The notes below the pieces were generated by a model. That model did no database searches, had not been told where the DNA came from, and was given only the letters and a program-made list of their open reading frames with translations. Of a DNA stretch of 64,000 bases, positions 35,102-44,979 are shown piece by piece. The number at the start of each line of letters is the position of its first letter. The first letter of the stretch is position 1. The position numbers were made by a program, and so were the translations under genes. This stretch comes from Nitrosopumilus sp. (GTDB lineage Archaea > Thermoproteota > Nitrososphaeria > Nitrososphaerales > Nitrosopumilaceae), in the NCBI GenBank assembly GCA_029863275.1, contig JAOTVS010000003.1, forward strand, positions 18,623-82,622, written 5' to 3'.

Positions 35102-37076
35102 ACCCTACTTCCTTTATCTGACTTTGACCAGCAGGAAGAGCACGAACAAAATCATCTATGCTTATCTGCTTTGTGATTTCTTCTTCTAATTTAGAGAATT
35201 CTAATCTTATTTTCTTTGCAACTTCAACCATCTCTGAACCGTGTGGCTCAATTATAGCATAGCAAAGTGAATTTTTTTTAATTGTGTTTATAGGACCTGA
35301 TGTTAAAAGGTAATGCTCATCTTGTGGTATTATTCCGACTGCTAATTTAAGAGATGGTATATTTACATAATTTCTTTTTCCTTCAATTGTAAAGGATCCT
35401 TTAGGAAGAAATTGTCCACTTGGCGCTGATTTTTTTACCTGTTCAGGATTTACCCAATAAGCATTAAGACCATGCATTCCCTCTCTCCAAGCCCTGCTAA
35501 AACAAACAGTAGCATGTGCAACCTCATTCATACTAACAGCAGATGGATTTTCAGCATCCTTTAGTATAAAAAACGGAGATCCAAAAATATCACCATGAAA
35601 GATTTTATCATTTTTTCCAAGATGTTTTCTTACAATTGCTGAATTTGAAGGGGCATCTCGTCCACCTATTGCAAGCATTCCATCAGAGGTAAAAAACCAT
35701 CTATATCGTTCATACCAATTTTTTTTCCTAACTTCAGATACTATAATTTCCTTCATTTCCGCTTCGGTTTTGTTTTTTAATTTTTCAAGTTTTTTCTTAG
35801 TTTTATTTTTGATTTGATCAATTGATTTGATTGCGCCAGATTGGCGTTTGGCCTCATTAAATAAAACTGAAGCAATTGATTGTAAAGGATCTTTTGGATT
35901 TATTTTTATTTTTTCATCCCTAACAACAATCAATGAAATGCCTTTTTCTTGAGTTAATTTTGCCTTATGTTCATCTAAAATACTTTGAGCATTAACATCA
36001 TCTATAGAAAATATTCCTTTTGATACCATGACATAAAGAGAATTTGCCAAATTTGTTATGTAGTTTGATTTTTCTTTAACAGTTTCTATAGCCTTTTCTT
36101 GCTCAGATATTTGAGTTTCAAGATCTTTTATTTTTTTATCTGATTCAGTTAATTGAGCACTTTTTCCTTTAGCAACAATATTTTCTGTAAAAACAATATC
36201 TAATCCTTCCATAAAACTATTAACAGAAGAACATTTTTCATCTATTTTCCCCAATTTAATAGGAATTACCTCCGTCTTATCATTTCGAATTATTATTGGA
36301 TCATGATTTCCAGTAATTACATTAGTAACAATTGTTTTTGTTACATCAAAAATATTTTTTATTTCATCTTGTGAAAAATCCTTCCCAAATTTTTTAGAAT
36401 CTATTTTTGCAGTCTCAAAAATTCCCTCAACATATTTTTTGGGCAGACCCAAAGTTCTACCTATCCATTTACCAGCAATCAAATCAGATGCTTTCAAATC
36501 TTCAAAATCTGATTCCTTTATATGAAAAATATCTAATCCACTTGAAGGTGGAGTTACATATTTCATACCTACGCCTAACTTACGATGTCGTACATCTATA
36601 GAATGTTGTAAAGCAAGAATTTTCATTTCTTCGTTGCAAAGTAAGATATTTCCATCACCAAAAAATTCACCAATTATTACAAATTCCTTATCAAATCCCT
36701 CAAATGTAAAATATGCAATTCTTTCTGAGCCAATCTGTACAATTTTTTTTATTTTAAATCTAAGAAGATCACTTCGTAATCTTTTCAATAATCTATTAGG
36801 TTCAATTTGGTCAATTTTTACCGAAGTTAACCAAACTCCAGAAGTCGAAATCATCATAAAAATATCTGATTTTTCAGGATGATGTAATTTGAATAAAATA
36901 CTGTCCTTGGTAATTCCCCAAATATTACTCACATAGTAACCCTGAACTTCTTCAGAAATTTTATTTACAAGAAAATTCAGCTCAATTCCTGCAAGTGTCA
37001 TACCAAAATCATCTGTTTGGGAAATTATATTGTTGCTGTTCTTTATGTTTAATTTCTTACCAAAGATATTAAACAA
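35085..37076 (-). CDS. NFACT-family protein (Rqc2/RqcH/FbpA homolog, DUF814)
   Basis: 663 aa. NFACT-N region, central coiled coil, and NFACT-R/DUF814 block WFFTSDGMLAIGGRDAPSNSAIVRKHL...IFHGDIFGSPFFILKD. Confidence 0.8.
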   Translation of the reverse strand: MFNIFGKKLNIKNSNNIISQTDDFGMTLAGIELNFLVNKISEEVQGYYVSNIWGITKDSILFKLHHPEKSDIFMMISTSGVWLTSVKIDQIEPNRLLKRLRSDLLRFKIKKIVQIGSERIAYFTFEGFDKEFVIIGEFFGDGNILLCNEEMKILALQHSIDVRHRKLGVGMKYVTPPSSGLDIFHIKESDFEDLKASDLIAGKWIGRTLGLPKKYVEGIFETAKIDSKKFGKDFSQDEIKNIFDVTKTIVTNVITGNHDPIIIRNDKTEVIPIKLGKIDEKCSSVNSFMEGLDIVFTENIVAKGKSAQLTESDKKIKDLETQISEQEKAIETVKEKSNYITNLANSLYVMVSKGIFSIDDVNAQSILDEHKAKLTQEKGISLIVVRDEKIKINPKDPLQSIASVLFNEAKRQSGAIKSIDQIKNKTKKKLEKLKNKTEAEMKEIIVSEVRKKNWYERYRWFFTSDGMLAIGGRDAPSNSAIVRKHLGKNDKIFHGDIFGSPFFILKDAENPSAVSMNEVAHATVCFSRAWREGMHGLNAYWVNPEQVKKSAPSGQFLPKGSFTIEGKRNYVNIPSLKLAVGIIPQDEHYLLTSGPINTIKKNSLCYAIIEPHGSEMVEVAKKIRLEFSKLEEEITKQISIDDFVRALPAGQSQIKEVGYGDAS

Positions 37077-37105
37077 GGATTAATTGAGACACACTAGAAA
37101 TTTCC

Positions 37106-37579
37106 ATGGCAAAACATAAAAAGAAAACCTCAGAACCTACCTCCCAACCTGAAGATTCTAAAAAAGAATCTTTTGAGAATAAATCTGAGGAAACTCCAGA
37201 TACTGAATCTGGTGAGACTTCTACACCTCCGACAGAACCTATTACAAATATAGCAGAAAAAAGTGAAAAGGATAGAAAACTAAACAAATTATTTTGGTTG
37301 AGAGTCAGTCTTGCCATTATTGCAGGAACAATAGCTACTTTCATTTTTGAAGATATAGAGGGAGAAGAAAGACGATGGGCTTCAATTGCTTTTATGATTA
37401 TCATTTTTATTGGAACAATAATAGTTGCTAAGGGAATGAAAATGCAATTACCCTCTTCTGATAGAAAAAAAATTGTTACACAAGGTATCGGTAGCTATAT
37501 CTTTCTCTACTTGTTTACCTGGATTGTAACATACACATTAGTTCATTCAGGAAGTGTTTCTAGTGGAATTAACCTTTAG
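37106..37579 (+). CDS. Membrane protein with acidic disordered N-terminus
   Basis: 157 aa. About 60 aa of Ser/Glu/Thr/Pro-rich sequence followed by three or four hydrophobic helices. The antisense ORF 37069..37404 is rejected. Confidence 0.5.
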   Translation: MAKHKKKTSEPTSQPEDSKKESFENKSEETPDTESGETSTPPTEPITNIAEKSEKDRKLNKLFWLRVSLAIIAGTIATFIFEDIEGEERRWASIAFMIIIFIGTIIVAKGMKMQLPSSDRKKIVTQGIGSYIFLYLFTWIVTYTLVHSGSVSSGINL

Positions 37580-37610
37580 TTGTATTTGTATATTAAAAAG
37601 AAGATAGAAC

Positions 37611-38201
37611 ATGTGGAATTATAAAACTCCAGGAATCCCAGACGAATTTTTTGAACGAACAGAAAAAGTTCCAATCACAAAAGAAGAAATAAGAACTATT
37701 CAACTAAGTAAAGCTAGATTATCTCCTGGACAAACGGTATTTGATATTGGCTGTGGGAGTGGATCAATATCTATTGAAGCTGCAATTCAAATAGAAAATA
37801 CAGGGAAAGTAGTGGCAATTGATTATGATCCTAATGCAATCGAACTAACCAAAAAAAATATTGAAAAGTTTGGAGTGTCTAATATCTCAATTATTTTTGG
37901 TAATGCAAAAGAAAAAATATTAGAATTAGGAATAGCTGATGTTATTTTTATTGGAGGGACAGGGGGTGATACTAAAGAGATTGTAGAATTATGTCAGGAT
38001 AAATTAAAATCTGGAGGAAGAATTGTAATTGGAATTATTCTAATTGAAACTTTGTATTCTGTTTTAGACTTACTTGGTAAATTACAATTTGAATCTATTG
38101 ATATAACTCAAGTCATCATATCAAAGAGTAGAAAAACAACAAAAGGAACTATGATGCTGGCTAGAAACCCTGTAACTATAATTTCTGCAACAAAAATTTA
38201 A
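37611..38201 (+). CDS. cbiT: Cobalt-precorrin-6B C15-methyltransferase (decarboxylating)
   Basis: 196 aa. CbiT-like N-terminus (GIPDEFFERTEKVPITKEEIR) and SAM motif VFDIGCGSGSIS. Confidence 0.8.
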   Translation: MWNYKTPGIPDEFFERTEKVPITKEEIRTIQLSKARLSPGQTVFDIGCGSGSISIEAAIQIENTGKVVAIDYDPNAIELTKKNIEKFGVSNISIIFGNAKEKILELGIADVIFIGGTGGDTKEIVELCQDKLKSGGRIVIGIILIETLYSVLDLLGKLQFESIDITQVIISKSRKTTKGTMMLARNPVTIISATKI

Positions 38202-38236
38202 TCTAGCTTTTTAATGGGAGGAAAATCATACTTTTC

Positions 38237-38959
38237 ATGCCTGAATTAATTGGAATAGGAGTTGGTCCAGGTGATCCAGAATTACTTACAGTAAAGGCTG
38301 TTAACGCAATTCATAATGCTGATGTAATAATGTGTCCAGCCTCAAAAGAAGATAGACCTAGCATTGCATTGTCTGTAGTATCATCATTAATTGAAAAATC
38401 TAAAAATCAAGAGATTATTAGATTAATTTTTCCAATGACCAAAGACAAAGAATTGCTTGAAGCTGCATGGAAAAAAAATGCCTATATCATGGCAGAAAAA
38501 GTTTTGGAAGGAAAAAATGTAGTATATCTTACTGTGGGTGATCCCTATTTGTATAGTACATGGATGTACATGCATAAAGAAATTAAGAGAAATCACCCAG
38601 CGATGAAAATTAGTGCCATTCCAGGAATTGTTTCAATATTTACATTCGCATCAAAAGTTGGCATAAGTATTGCTGAGGGCGCAGAAAAGGTTTCAATTAT
38701 CCCATCATGTTATGATTTAAGCACCGTTAAAGAAATTGCAAAAAATTCTGAAACAATGGTTTTTCTTAAAGACGGCAGGTATTTTGATCAAGTAGTAGAT
38801 CTACTAAAAGAATCTGGGTTTCCTGATAATTCCGTTTTTGCTATTGGGCAAGATTTGGGAACTGAAAATGAAATAATTAGAAAGCTAACTCTAGGTGAAG
38901 TCACTGATGGTACATTAACTACAAAATACTTTTCAATATTGGTGGTAAAACGTGTCTAA
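38237..38959 (+). CDS. cbiL: Cobalt-precorrin-2 C20-methyltransferase
   Basis: 240 aa. Tetrapyrrole methylase N-terminus IGIGVGPGDPELLTVKA, GDP motif TVGDPYLYS. Confidence 0.8.
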   Translation: MPELIGIGVGPGDPELLTVKAVNAIHNADVIMCPASKEDRPSIALSVVSSLIEKSKNQEIIRLIFPMTKDKELLEAAWKKNAYIMAEKVLEGKNVVYLTVGDPYLYSTWMYMHKEIKRNHPAMKISAIPGIVSIFTFASKVGISIAEGAEKVSIIPSCYDLSTVKEIAKNSETMVFLKDGRYFDQVVDLLKESGFPDNSVFAIGQDLGTENEIIRKLTLGEVTDGTLTTKYFSILVVKRV

Positions 38960-39716
38960 TGTTTTTTTTGTAGGATGTGGTCCAGGTGATCCAGAATTAA
39001 TCACAGTTAAAGCCAAAAAATTAATTCAAAAAGCAGATGTTATAGTTTATTCTGGTTCTTTAATTCCTCCACCAATTTTGAAGCTTTGTAAAAAGGGAAA
39101 ACTCTATGATGCAGCTGGATTAGTAAGAGAAGAAATATTTGAGATTTTATACAAAAATGCAAAAAAAGACAAACTAGTTGTAAGATTACATGATGGTGAT
39201 CCATCGATTTATGGTGCAATTAAAGAACAAATTGATAATTTACAAGAAAAAGGAATATCTTCAACCGTTATTCCTGGTGTAACTGCATTTTTAGCCTCAG
39301 CAGCAGCATTAGAAACTCAACTTACTCTTCCAGGTATTACACAGACAATTATTGTTACTCGAGCAGAATCTAGAACTAAAGTGCCAAAACGAGAAAAGAT
39401 TTCTGAGTTAGCAAAACACAAAGCTACTCTCATTTTCTATCTTAGTGTTCATTTACTCTCTGATATTGTAACAGAATCAATTGCAGGAGGATACAAAAAA
39501 TCAACTCCAGTAGCTGTAGTGTACAGAGCAAGTTGGAAAGATCAAAAAATTGTTAAAGGTACTCTTGGTGATATTGTAAAAAAAATTAGAAATGAAAAAA
39601 TTACAAAAACTGCAATTGTAATTGTTAGTAATGTGATTGATTCTAAAACTTATGAATATTCAAAACTTTACGATAAAAAATTTAGTCATGGATATAGAAA
39701 ATCAAAAATTAAATAG
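38952..39716 (+). CDS. cbiF: Cobalt-precorrin-4 C11-methyltransferase
   Basis: 254 aa. VGCGPGDPELITVKA, VIVYSGSLIPP and HDGDPSIYGA motifs. Overlaps the cbiL end by 8 nt. Confidence 0.85.
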   Translation: MSNVFFVGCGPGDPELITVKAKKLIQKADVIVYSGSLIPPPILKLCKKGKLYDAAGLVREEIFEILYKNAKKDKLVVRLHDGDPSIYGAIKEQIDNLQEKGISSTVIPGVTAFLASAAALETQLTLPGITQTIIVTRAESRTKVPKREKISELAKHKATLIFYLSVHLLSDIVTESIAGGYKKSTPVAVVYRASWKDQKIVKGTLGDIVKKIRNEKITKTAIVIVSNVIDSKTYEYSKLYDKKFSHGYRKSKIK

Positions 39717-40497
39717 ACAAAAATCTTACCTTGTTTTTAATTCCTAGTTGAATTAAATTATTTTGAAAATTTTTGGTCTGATCTGAAGAGAAAATTTTTA
39801 ATGAATTTCTTTCTGATTGCCTAGTTTTTATTTTTCCAAAAACTTTCTTTGCAACATTTTCTCCTGGATCAATAAAACAAATATTGGGAAATTCAGATTT
39901 TAAAATTGATTTTAAAAATGCTAAATGTGTACTGGATAATGTTACAGTATCAATTTTATTATTTAAAAAAATATCCTTTAGAGAATTTTTAATAATTTTT
40001 TTACAATATACTTTGTTTTTAATAAATTTTCCAGACTCTACTAATTCAACAAGATTTGAAGCATTAATCTTGTGGACTTTAATTTTTTTCGAAATATTTA
40101 ATTTTTTAATATAATTAGATAAATTTTTACTTTTTACAACTGTTTCTGTTGCAAGTATCGCAACATTCTTAGTTTTAGATTTAAGAGCAGCTTCTTTGAT
40201 AGGAGGATTAACTCCTAGGATTTTCTTATTGGTATTTTCAAATAATATTGTTGGAGTGTTTGATCCAATTACAATTAACTCTGGATTAAATTCTTTTTGC
40301 AGCAAATTGATAGATTTTCTTATAATCTGCTCGAGCTGTTTTTTTGTTTTACTTCCATATGGGAAGTTTTGTTGGTCTGCAAAATAGATTATGTCTACTT
40401 TACAAATTTTCTGGATAGGCTTGATTATGGATAAAGAACCCAAGCCTGAATCAAAAACGGTAATTCTAGCCATGGGAATAGTTATCTTTTGGCGCAT
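39709..40497 (-). CDS. Glutamate racemase-like protein (Asp/Glu racemase superfamily) with Ser at both canonical catalytic Cys positions
   Basis: 262 aa. MurI-like VFDSGLGSLS, FADQQNFPYGSK, then IVIGSNTPT (canonical xxACNTAS) and TLSSTHLAFL (canonical LGCTHYPLL). Confidence 0.65.
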   Translation of the reverse strand: MRQKITIPMARITVFDSGLGSLSIIKPIQKICKVDIIYFADQQNFPYGSKTKKQLEQIIRKSINLLQKEFNPELIVIGSNTPTILFENTNKKILGVNPPIKEAALKSKTKNVAILATETVVKSKNLSNYIKKLNISKKIKVHKINASNLVELVESGKFIKNKVYCKKIIKNSLKDIFLNNKIDTVTLSSTHLAFLKSILKSEFPNICFIDPGENVAKKVFGKIKTRQSERNSLKIFSSDQTKNFQNNLIQLGIKNKVRFLSI

Positions 40498-40578
40498 AAT
40501 AGTTTGTTAGCTAAATTTAGTCTAAAGTTGATCTAAATACACACCCCTCATTAAGAATCAATTTCTAAATCATCCAAC

Positions 40579-41229
40579 ATGCCAAACTTCGACAAAACTT
40601 GGGCTCGACAAGAGACTCAAAGTGTAACTGGCAAATTACGTGATGCAGTACAACCTCAAGGTGCATTAAAACCACGAATTCAGACAGCAGTGAACAAACT
40701 TCAAGTCCAAATTAGTAAAATGGACTCAATGTTAGGAAAACTGCACGAAAGAGACGCGCAACTCTTTAAGAGAATCGTGACTGCAATGCAGCAACATGAT
40801 ACTAGCACCAGTAAAGTTCTGTCAAACGAATTAGCTGAAATTCGTAAAGTTACAAAAATGCTCGGCAACGCAAGAATGTCATTGGAACAAGTTCAATTAC
40901 GATTGACAACTATTCATGACCTCGGAGATGCAATGGTAGCAATTGGACCAGCGATGTCAACAATGAAGGGATTGAAGTCATCACTAGGAAGATTTATGCC
41001 AGAAGCAGATTCAGAATTGAATGCAATGACACAGACGCTCAATGGATTAATGATGGACTCTTTAGCTGGAGACTCATTTAGCCTAGATACTGATTCTTCA
41101 AACGAAGAAACAGATAGAATTCTACAAGAAGCTTCTGCAGTTGCTGAACAACAGATTGGAGATAAATTCCCATCTGTACCTTCTCAAACTGGAGTTTCGT
41201 CTCAATCTTCATCATCTTCATTTGAATAG
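40579..41229 (+). CDS. cdvB: ESCRT-III / Snf7-family protein (second CdvB paralog)
   Basis: 216 aa. Colinear with the ORF at 15051..15692. Same FPSVP C-terminal motif, with a Ser-rich tail. Confidence 0.8.
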   Translation: MPNFDKTWARQETQSVTGKLRDAVQPQGALKPRIQTAVNKLQVQISKMDSMLGKLHERDAQLFKRIVTAMQQHDTSTSKVLSNELAEIRKVTKMLGNARMSLEQVQLRLTTIHDLGDAMVAIGPAMSTMKGLKSSLGRFMPEADSELNAMTQTLNGLMMDSLAGDSFSLDTDSSNEETDRILQEASAVAEQQIGDKFPSVPSQTGVSSQSSSSSFE

Positions 41230-41273
41230 AAGATTTAGGCGAAACGTCACTCTTTTTGTTTTATTTTCTTAAA

Positions 41274-42449
41274 TTATCCCCAAACTTTCTCTTTGAAGGT
41301 ATATTTTTTATTAAGAATGTAATTTCCAAATGCTGCTGAAAGAACAGCTAAAATTAGAGAAATTGGATAAGATAACTGATACTCGTCAACTAGATAAAAC
41401 ACCATTCCTAATTGAACAAGTGCCCCAAGAGAACTGAAGGTTACAAATTTTCCATACTGTTTCAGTGTTCTTTTCTTTGAAAAATCTCTATCACCAAAAG
41501 TCCAAGTCTTATTTAACAGAAAATTAGTCGTAATTGAGGCTATTATTCCAATTATATTTGCATGCAAATACCATAAATCTGATATTCCACCAGCGAGAAG
41601 AAATGAAATTAAATAATTTACTCCAAACCCAGATAATCCAACTGTATAAAATCTACTTGCTTTAGAAAGAAACCGAACAGAATTTCGTCTCTCTTCTTTT
41701 TCTCTAGATTTTCCAAATTTGTATAATTTCCAGGCTGATCGAAAATAATCTGTAATAGTTGATCTATCTAATTTACTTGAACCAGAACTTCGATTTTCAA
41801 ATGTATAAGGAATTTCTTTTACATCAATCCCACTTTTTTTAACAAGAATTTCTAAAAGAATTTTGTAACCAATTGCATCAAAATTAATTCCTTTTAAAAT
41901 GTTTTTTTTAAATGCAAAAAATCCTGACATTGGATCATTTGTTTTTACGCCTAGTCCCTTCTTTGCAATTAAGGTTGCCACTTTGCTCATTATTTTTCTC
42001 TTTAAGGTCCAACCATTTATTTTACCTCCACTGATATACCTTGAAGCAATAACCAAATCGCATTGATATTTTTTTAATGATTCAACCAGTTTTGGAATAA
42101 TTTGTGGTGGATGAGAAAAATCACTATCCATTACAACAATTGTATCTCCTTTAGCTCGTTGGATACCACTAAGTATAGCTGAACTTAGACCATTTTTGGA
42201 AGTTCTATGGATAATATCCATTGTATATCCTGCAATTTTTTTTACATTTTTTAGATATTCTTCCACAATTTTTCCTGTAGAATCTGGGGAATTATCATCT
42301 ACAACGATTGCCTCAGCAGTAAGATTTTTTGGCAAATTCTCACCTATTGATTTTAGGATTTGAATAATATTTCTCGATTCATTATAAGTAGGAATTATTA
42401 TAGAAACCTGAGTATTTTCCCCAGAAATCATTCTCATCGACTCGGACAT
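41274..42449 (-). CDS. Family 2 glycosyltransferase (dolichyl-phosphate sugar synthase-like) fused to a GtrA-like membrane domain
   Basis: 391 aa. GT2 motifs VSIIIPTYNE, VVDDNSPD, MDSDFSH, then four C-terminal TM helices resembling GtrA. Confidence 0.8.
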   Translation of the reverse strand: MSESMRMISGENTQVSIIIPTYNESRNIIQILKSIGENLPKNLTAEAIVVDDNSPDSTGKIVEEYLKNVKKIAGYTMDIIHRTSKNGLSSAILSGIQRAKGDTIVVMDSDFSHPPQIIPKLVESLKKYQCDLVIASRYISGGKINGWTLKRKIMSKVATLIAKKGLGVKTNDPMSGFFAFKKNILKGINFDAIGYKILLEILVKKSGIDVKEIPYTFENRSSGSSKLDRSTITDYFRSAWKLYKFGKSREKEERRNSVRFLSKASRFYTVGLSGFGVNYLISFLLAGGISDLWYLHANIIGIIASITTNFLLNKTWTFGDRDFSKKRTLKQYGKFVTFSSLGALVQLGMVFYLVDEYQLSYPISLILAVLSAAFGNYILNKKYTFKEKVWG

Positions 42450-42562
42450 ACGTTCCCTCCAAAAATCATAGGTTATTAATTTTTAATAAATATCGTATCC
42501 AGGCATGATTTGACGCCTGTTGATTTAATTCGTTATGATAATTATTTTTATTTTTAGGCAAA

Positions 42563-44020
42563 TTAAGGAAATGCAGTATATTCCGAAAGAATTGAGGATA
42601 GCTCAGAAATTTTCATCCTCTTTTGTTCCATACTATCTCTCATTCGTATGGTAATTGTATCATCTTCTAAAGTTTGATGGTCAACGGTGATAGCAAAAGG
42701 GGATCCAATTTCATCCAATCTTCTATATCTTCTTCCTATGGCACCTGAATGATCTAAGAATGCATCAAACTTTCTTTTAATCTGAAAATAAATCTCATCT
42801 GTTTTTTCTTTCAATCCATCTTTTTTTACCAGCGATAAAATTCCAACATGAATCGGAGAAAGATATGGCTTTAGTGACAAAACAGTTCTTTCATTTTCCT
42901 TATCCTCCCTTAGACTATGTTCTAAAATAGTGTACAAACTTCGGTCAATACCCATTGAAATTTCAAAGACATGAGGAAGAACTTTTTCATCATTATCCAT
43001 CACTTCAAATTTTTCTTTACTCTTAGTAGCATGGCTGGAAAGATCATAATCAGATCTATAATTACATGCAACTAATTCTAACCATCCGATGGTTGTTTCT
43101 ATTTCAAAATCAAATGCTACTTCTGCGTAAAACGCTTTTTCTTTCTCTCCTAATTTTCTAAATCTACTCTTTTTGATATCGACTCCAGTTTTTTCATAAA
43201 ATTCAGTTAATATTCCCAAATAATATGCTACAAACTTGTTTGGAATTACTCCGGATTCTACTGCTTCTTTACATGTCAAAGTAACAGGCTCATCATCAGT
43301 TTGAATTCGTAGTATAGTATTTTGGATTTGTAAAAATTTTTCCATTTCGTTTAATTTTTTTGGATTACAAAATACTTCTATTTCTGCTTGATAAAATTCA
43401 CGAAGTCTAAGTAAACTTTGTCGAGGAGATATTTCATTTCTAAAACTTTTTCCAATTTGTGCAATTCCTAAGGGTAATTTTCCACGCATTATTTTAAACA
43501 GCCTTGGGAAATCCACAAAAATAGACTGACATGTTTCAGGTCTAAGGTAAGCAGTCTCTTCCTCAGGTCCAATTCCCACCTTAAACATCATATTAAATTT
43601 TTTAGTATTTTCAAAATTACCCTTACATTTTGGACATTTTATATTATTTCCTTTAATGGCATTATCGAATTCGATTAATTCTGCACTTTCAGGAATCTCT
43701 ATATTCGAAATTTCCGCTATGGTTCTATCAGCTCTAAAGGTTGCTTTACAATTTGTACATTTTATGATAGGATCAGTAAAATTTCCTAAATGTCCAGATG
43801 CTTCAAAAACTGATTCAGACATTATTTGTGATCCATCAATCTCAAGCATTCCATCTCTTCTTACCAATTCTCTTCTCCATAATTCAAGAAATTTATTTTT
43901 CAATCCTACTCCTGATGGACCATATTCCCAAAAACCAGCTTGGGCGTCTGCATAAATCTCACAACTTGGAAAATAAAATCCACGTTCAAGGGCCAATTTC
44001 ATTACATCTTCATATTTCAT
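42563..44020 (-). CDS. glyS: Glycine--tRNA ligase (archaeal/eukaryotic class II type)
   Basis: 485 aa. RGFYFPSCEIY...GFWEYGPSGV N-terminus, class II motifs (FRNEISPR, GIDR), and C-terminal anticodon-binding domain. Confidence 0.9.
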   Translation of the reverse strand: MKYEDVMKLALERGFYFPSCEIYADAQAGFWEYGPSGVGLKNKFLELWRRELVRRDGMLEIDGSQIMSESVFEASGHLGNFTDPIIKCTNCKATFRADRTIAEISNIEIPESAELIEFDNAIKGNNIKCPKCKGNFENTKKFNMMFKVGIGPEEETAYLRPETCQSIFVDFPRLFKIMRGKLPLGIAQIGKSFRNEISPRQSLLRLREFYQAEIEVFCNPKKLNEMEKFLQIQNTILRIQTDDEPVTLTCKEAVESGVIPNKFVAYYLGILTEFYEKTGVDIKKSRFRKLGEKEKAFYAEVAFDFEIETTIGWLELVACNYRSDYDLSSHATKSKEKFEVMDNDEKVLPHVFEISMGIDRSLYTILEHSLREDKENERTVLSLKPYLSPIHVGILSLVKKDGLKEKTDEIYFQIKRKFDAFLDHSGAIGRRYRRLDEIGSPFAITVDHQTLEDDTITIRMRDSMEQKRMKISELSSILSEYTAFP

Positions 44021-44050
44021 TTTATCATTTCTCCAATTTTAAAAATCTCT

Positions 44051-44905
44051 TTAGGCTAACTCCTTTGCAATTTTAACATTCTCAAAATCATCTCTAATAT
44101 CATCAATTGGGGTTTCTAAGATGATCGGGATTTTTTTCTTTGCAATCAATTTAATCACAGCAATCATTCCCTCTTTTCCAATATTTCCTAAACCAATATG
44201 ATAATGTCTATCTAAATTGCAACCCAGTTCTCCTTTTGCATCATTAAGGTGCAAAATTTTTAAATTTTCCATTCCTACATACTTATCAAATGTTTTAAAA
44301 GTTTCTTTGACATCTTTTTCGGTTCTTAGGTCATAACCTGATACAAATGCATGACATGTATCAAAACAAACACCAAATTTCTTTACAGGTTTTAGTTGTT
44401 TGAAAATTTCTCCCAATTGTTTAAAATCTGATCCTACAGAATTTTTCTGTCCAGCTGTGTTTTCTAATAATATCATTACATCATTTTTTACTTGAGCTGC
44501 TTTTGTTAATCCTTTGACAAGCCTTTTAATTCCAGCATCTTCACCTGTTCCTAAATGACTACCAAGATGAGTAACAAGATAAGGAATTCCCAATTTTCCA
44601 CATCTTTCTACTTCTTCAATTAAAGAATTTACAGACTTTTCCAATCCATCTTCTTTAGGGGAAGAAAGGTTGGGTAAATATGGCATATGAGCGCAAGTCG
44701 AAAATCTATCAATATTATTTTCCTTTAATTTATTCTTAAAATTTTTAATATCTTCATCTATCAATTCCTTTGCCTTCCATCCTCTTGGATTCCTTGTAAA
44801 AATCTGAAAAGCTGAGCATTTTCTTTCAATTGCATTATTGACAGCTTTGTCGATCGAGCCAGAAATCGAAACATGACACCCGATAAGCATGTTTGATAAT
44901 TTCAA
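44051..44905 (-). CDS. nfo: Endonuclease IV (AP endonuclease)
   Basis: 284 aa. TIM-barrel Nfo motifs (AFQIFTRNPRGW, HMPYLPNL, ENTAGQ, CFDTCH, LHLND). Confidence 0.9.
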   Translation of the reverse strand: MKLSNMLIGCHVSISGSIDKAVNNAIERKCSAFQIFTRNPRGWKAKELIDEDIKNFKNKLKENNIDRFSTCAHMPYLPNLSSPKEDGLEKSVNSLIEEVERCGKLGIPYLVTHLGSHLGTGEDAGIKRLVKGLTKAAQVKNDVMILLENTAGQKNSVGSDFKQLGEIFKQLKPVKKFGVCFDTCHAFVSGYDLRTEKDVKETFKTFDKYVGMENLKILHLNDAKGELGCNLDRHYHIGLGNIGKEGMIAVIKLIAKKKIPIILETPIDDIRDDFENVKIAKELA

Positions 44906-44979
44906 ATTAACATTATTTAAATCAGCAATTGTCTTTAAAGAAAAATCAGATTTTTAAGTCAATATTATTAATCATTTTT

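Noticed and set aside
44929-44979. Track start of priL at 44929 (MSLKKNQIFKSILLIIF).
   Set aside because: It uses a non-ATG start, adds a hydrophobic leader that is implausible for a primase subunit, and intrudes on the divergent promoter with nfo. ATG 44980 is preferred, though this is not proven.
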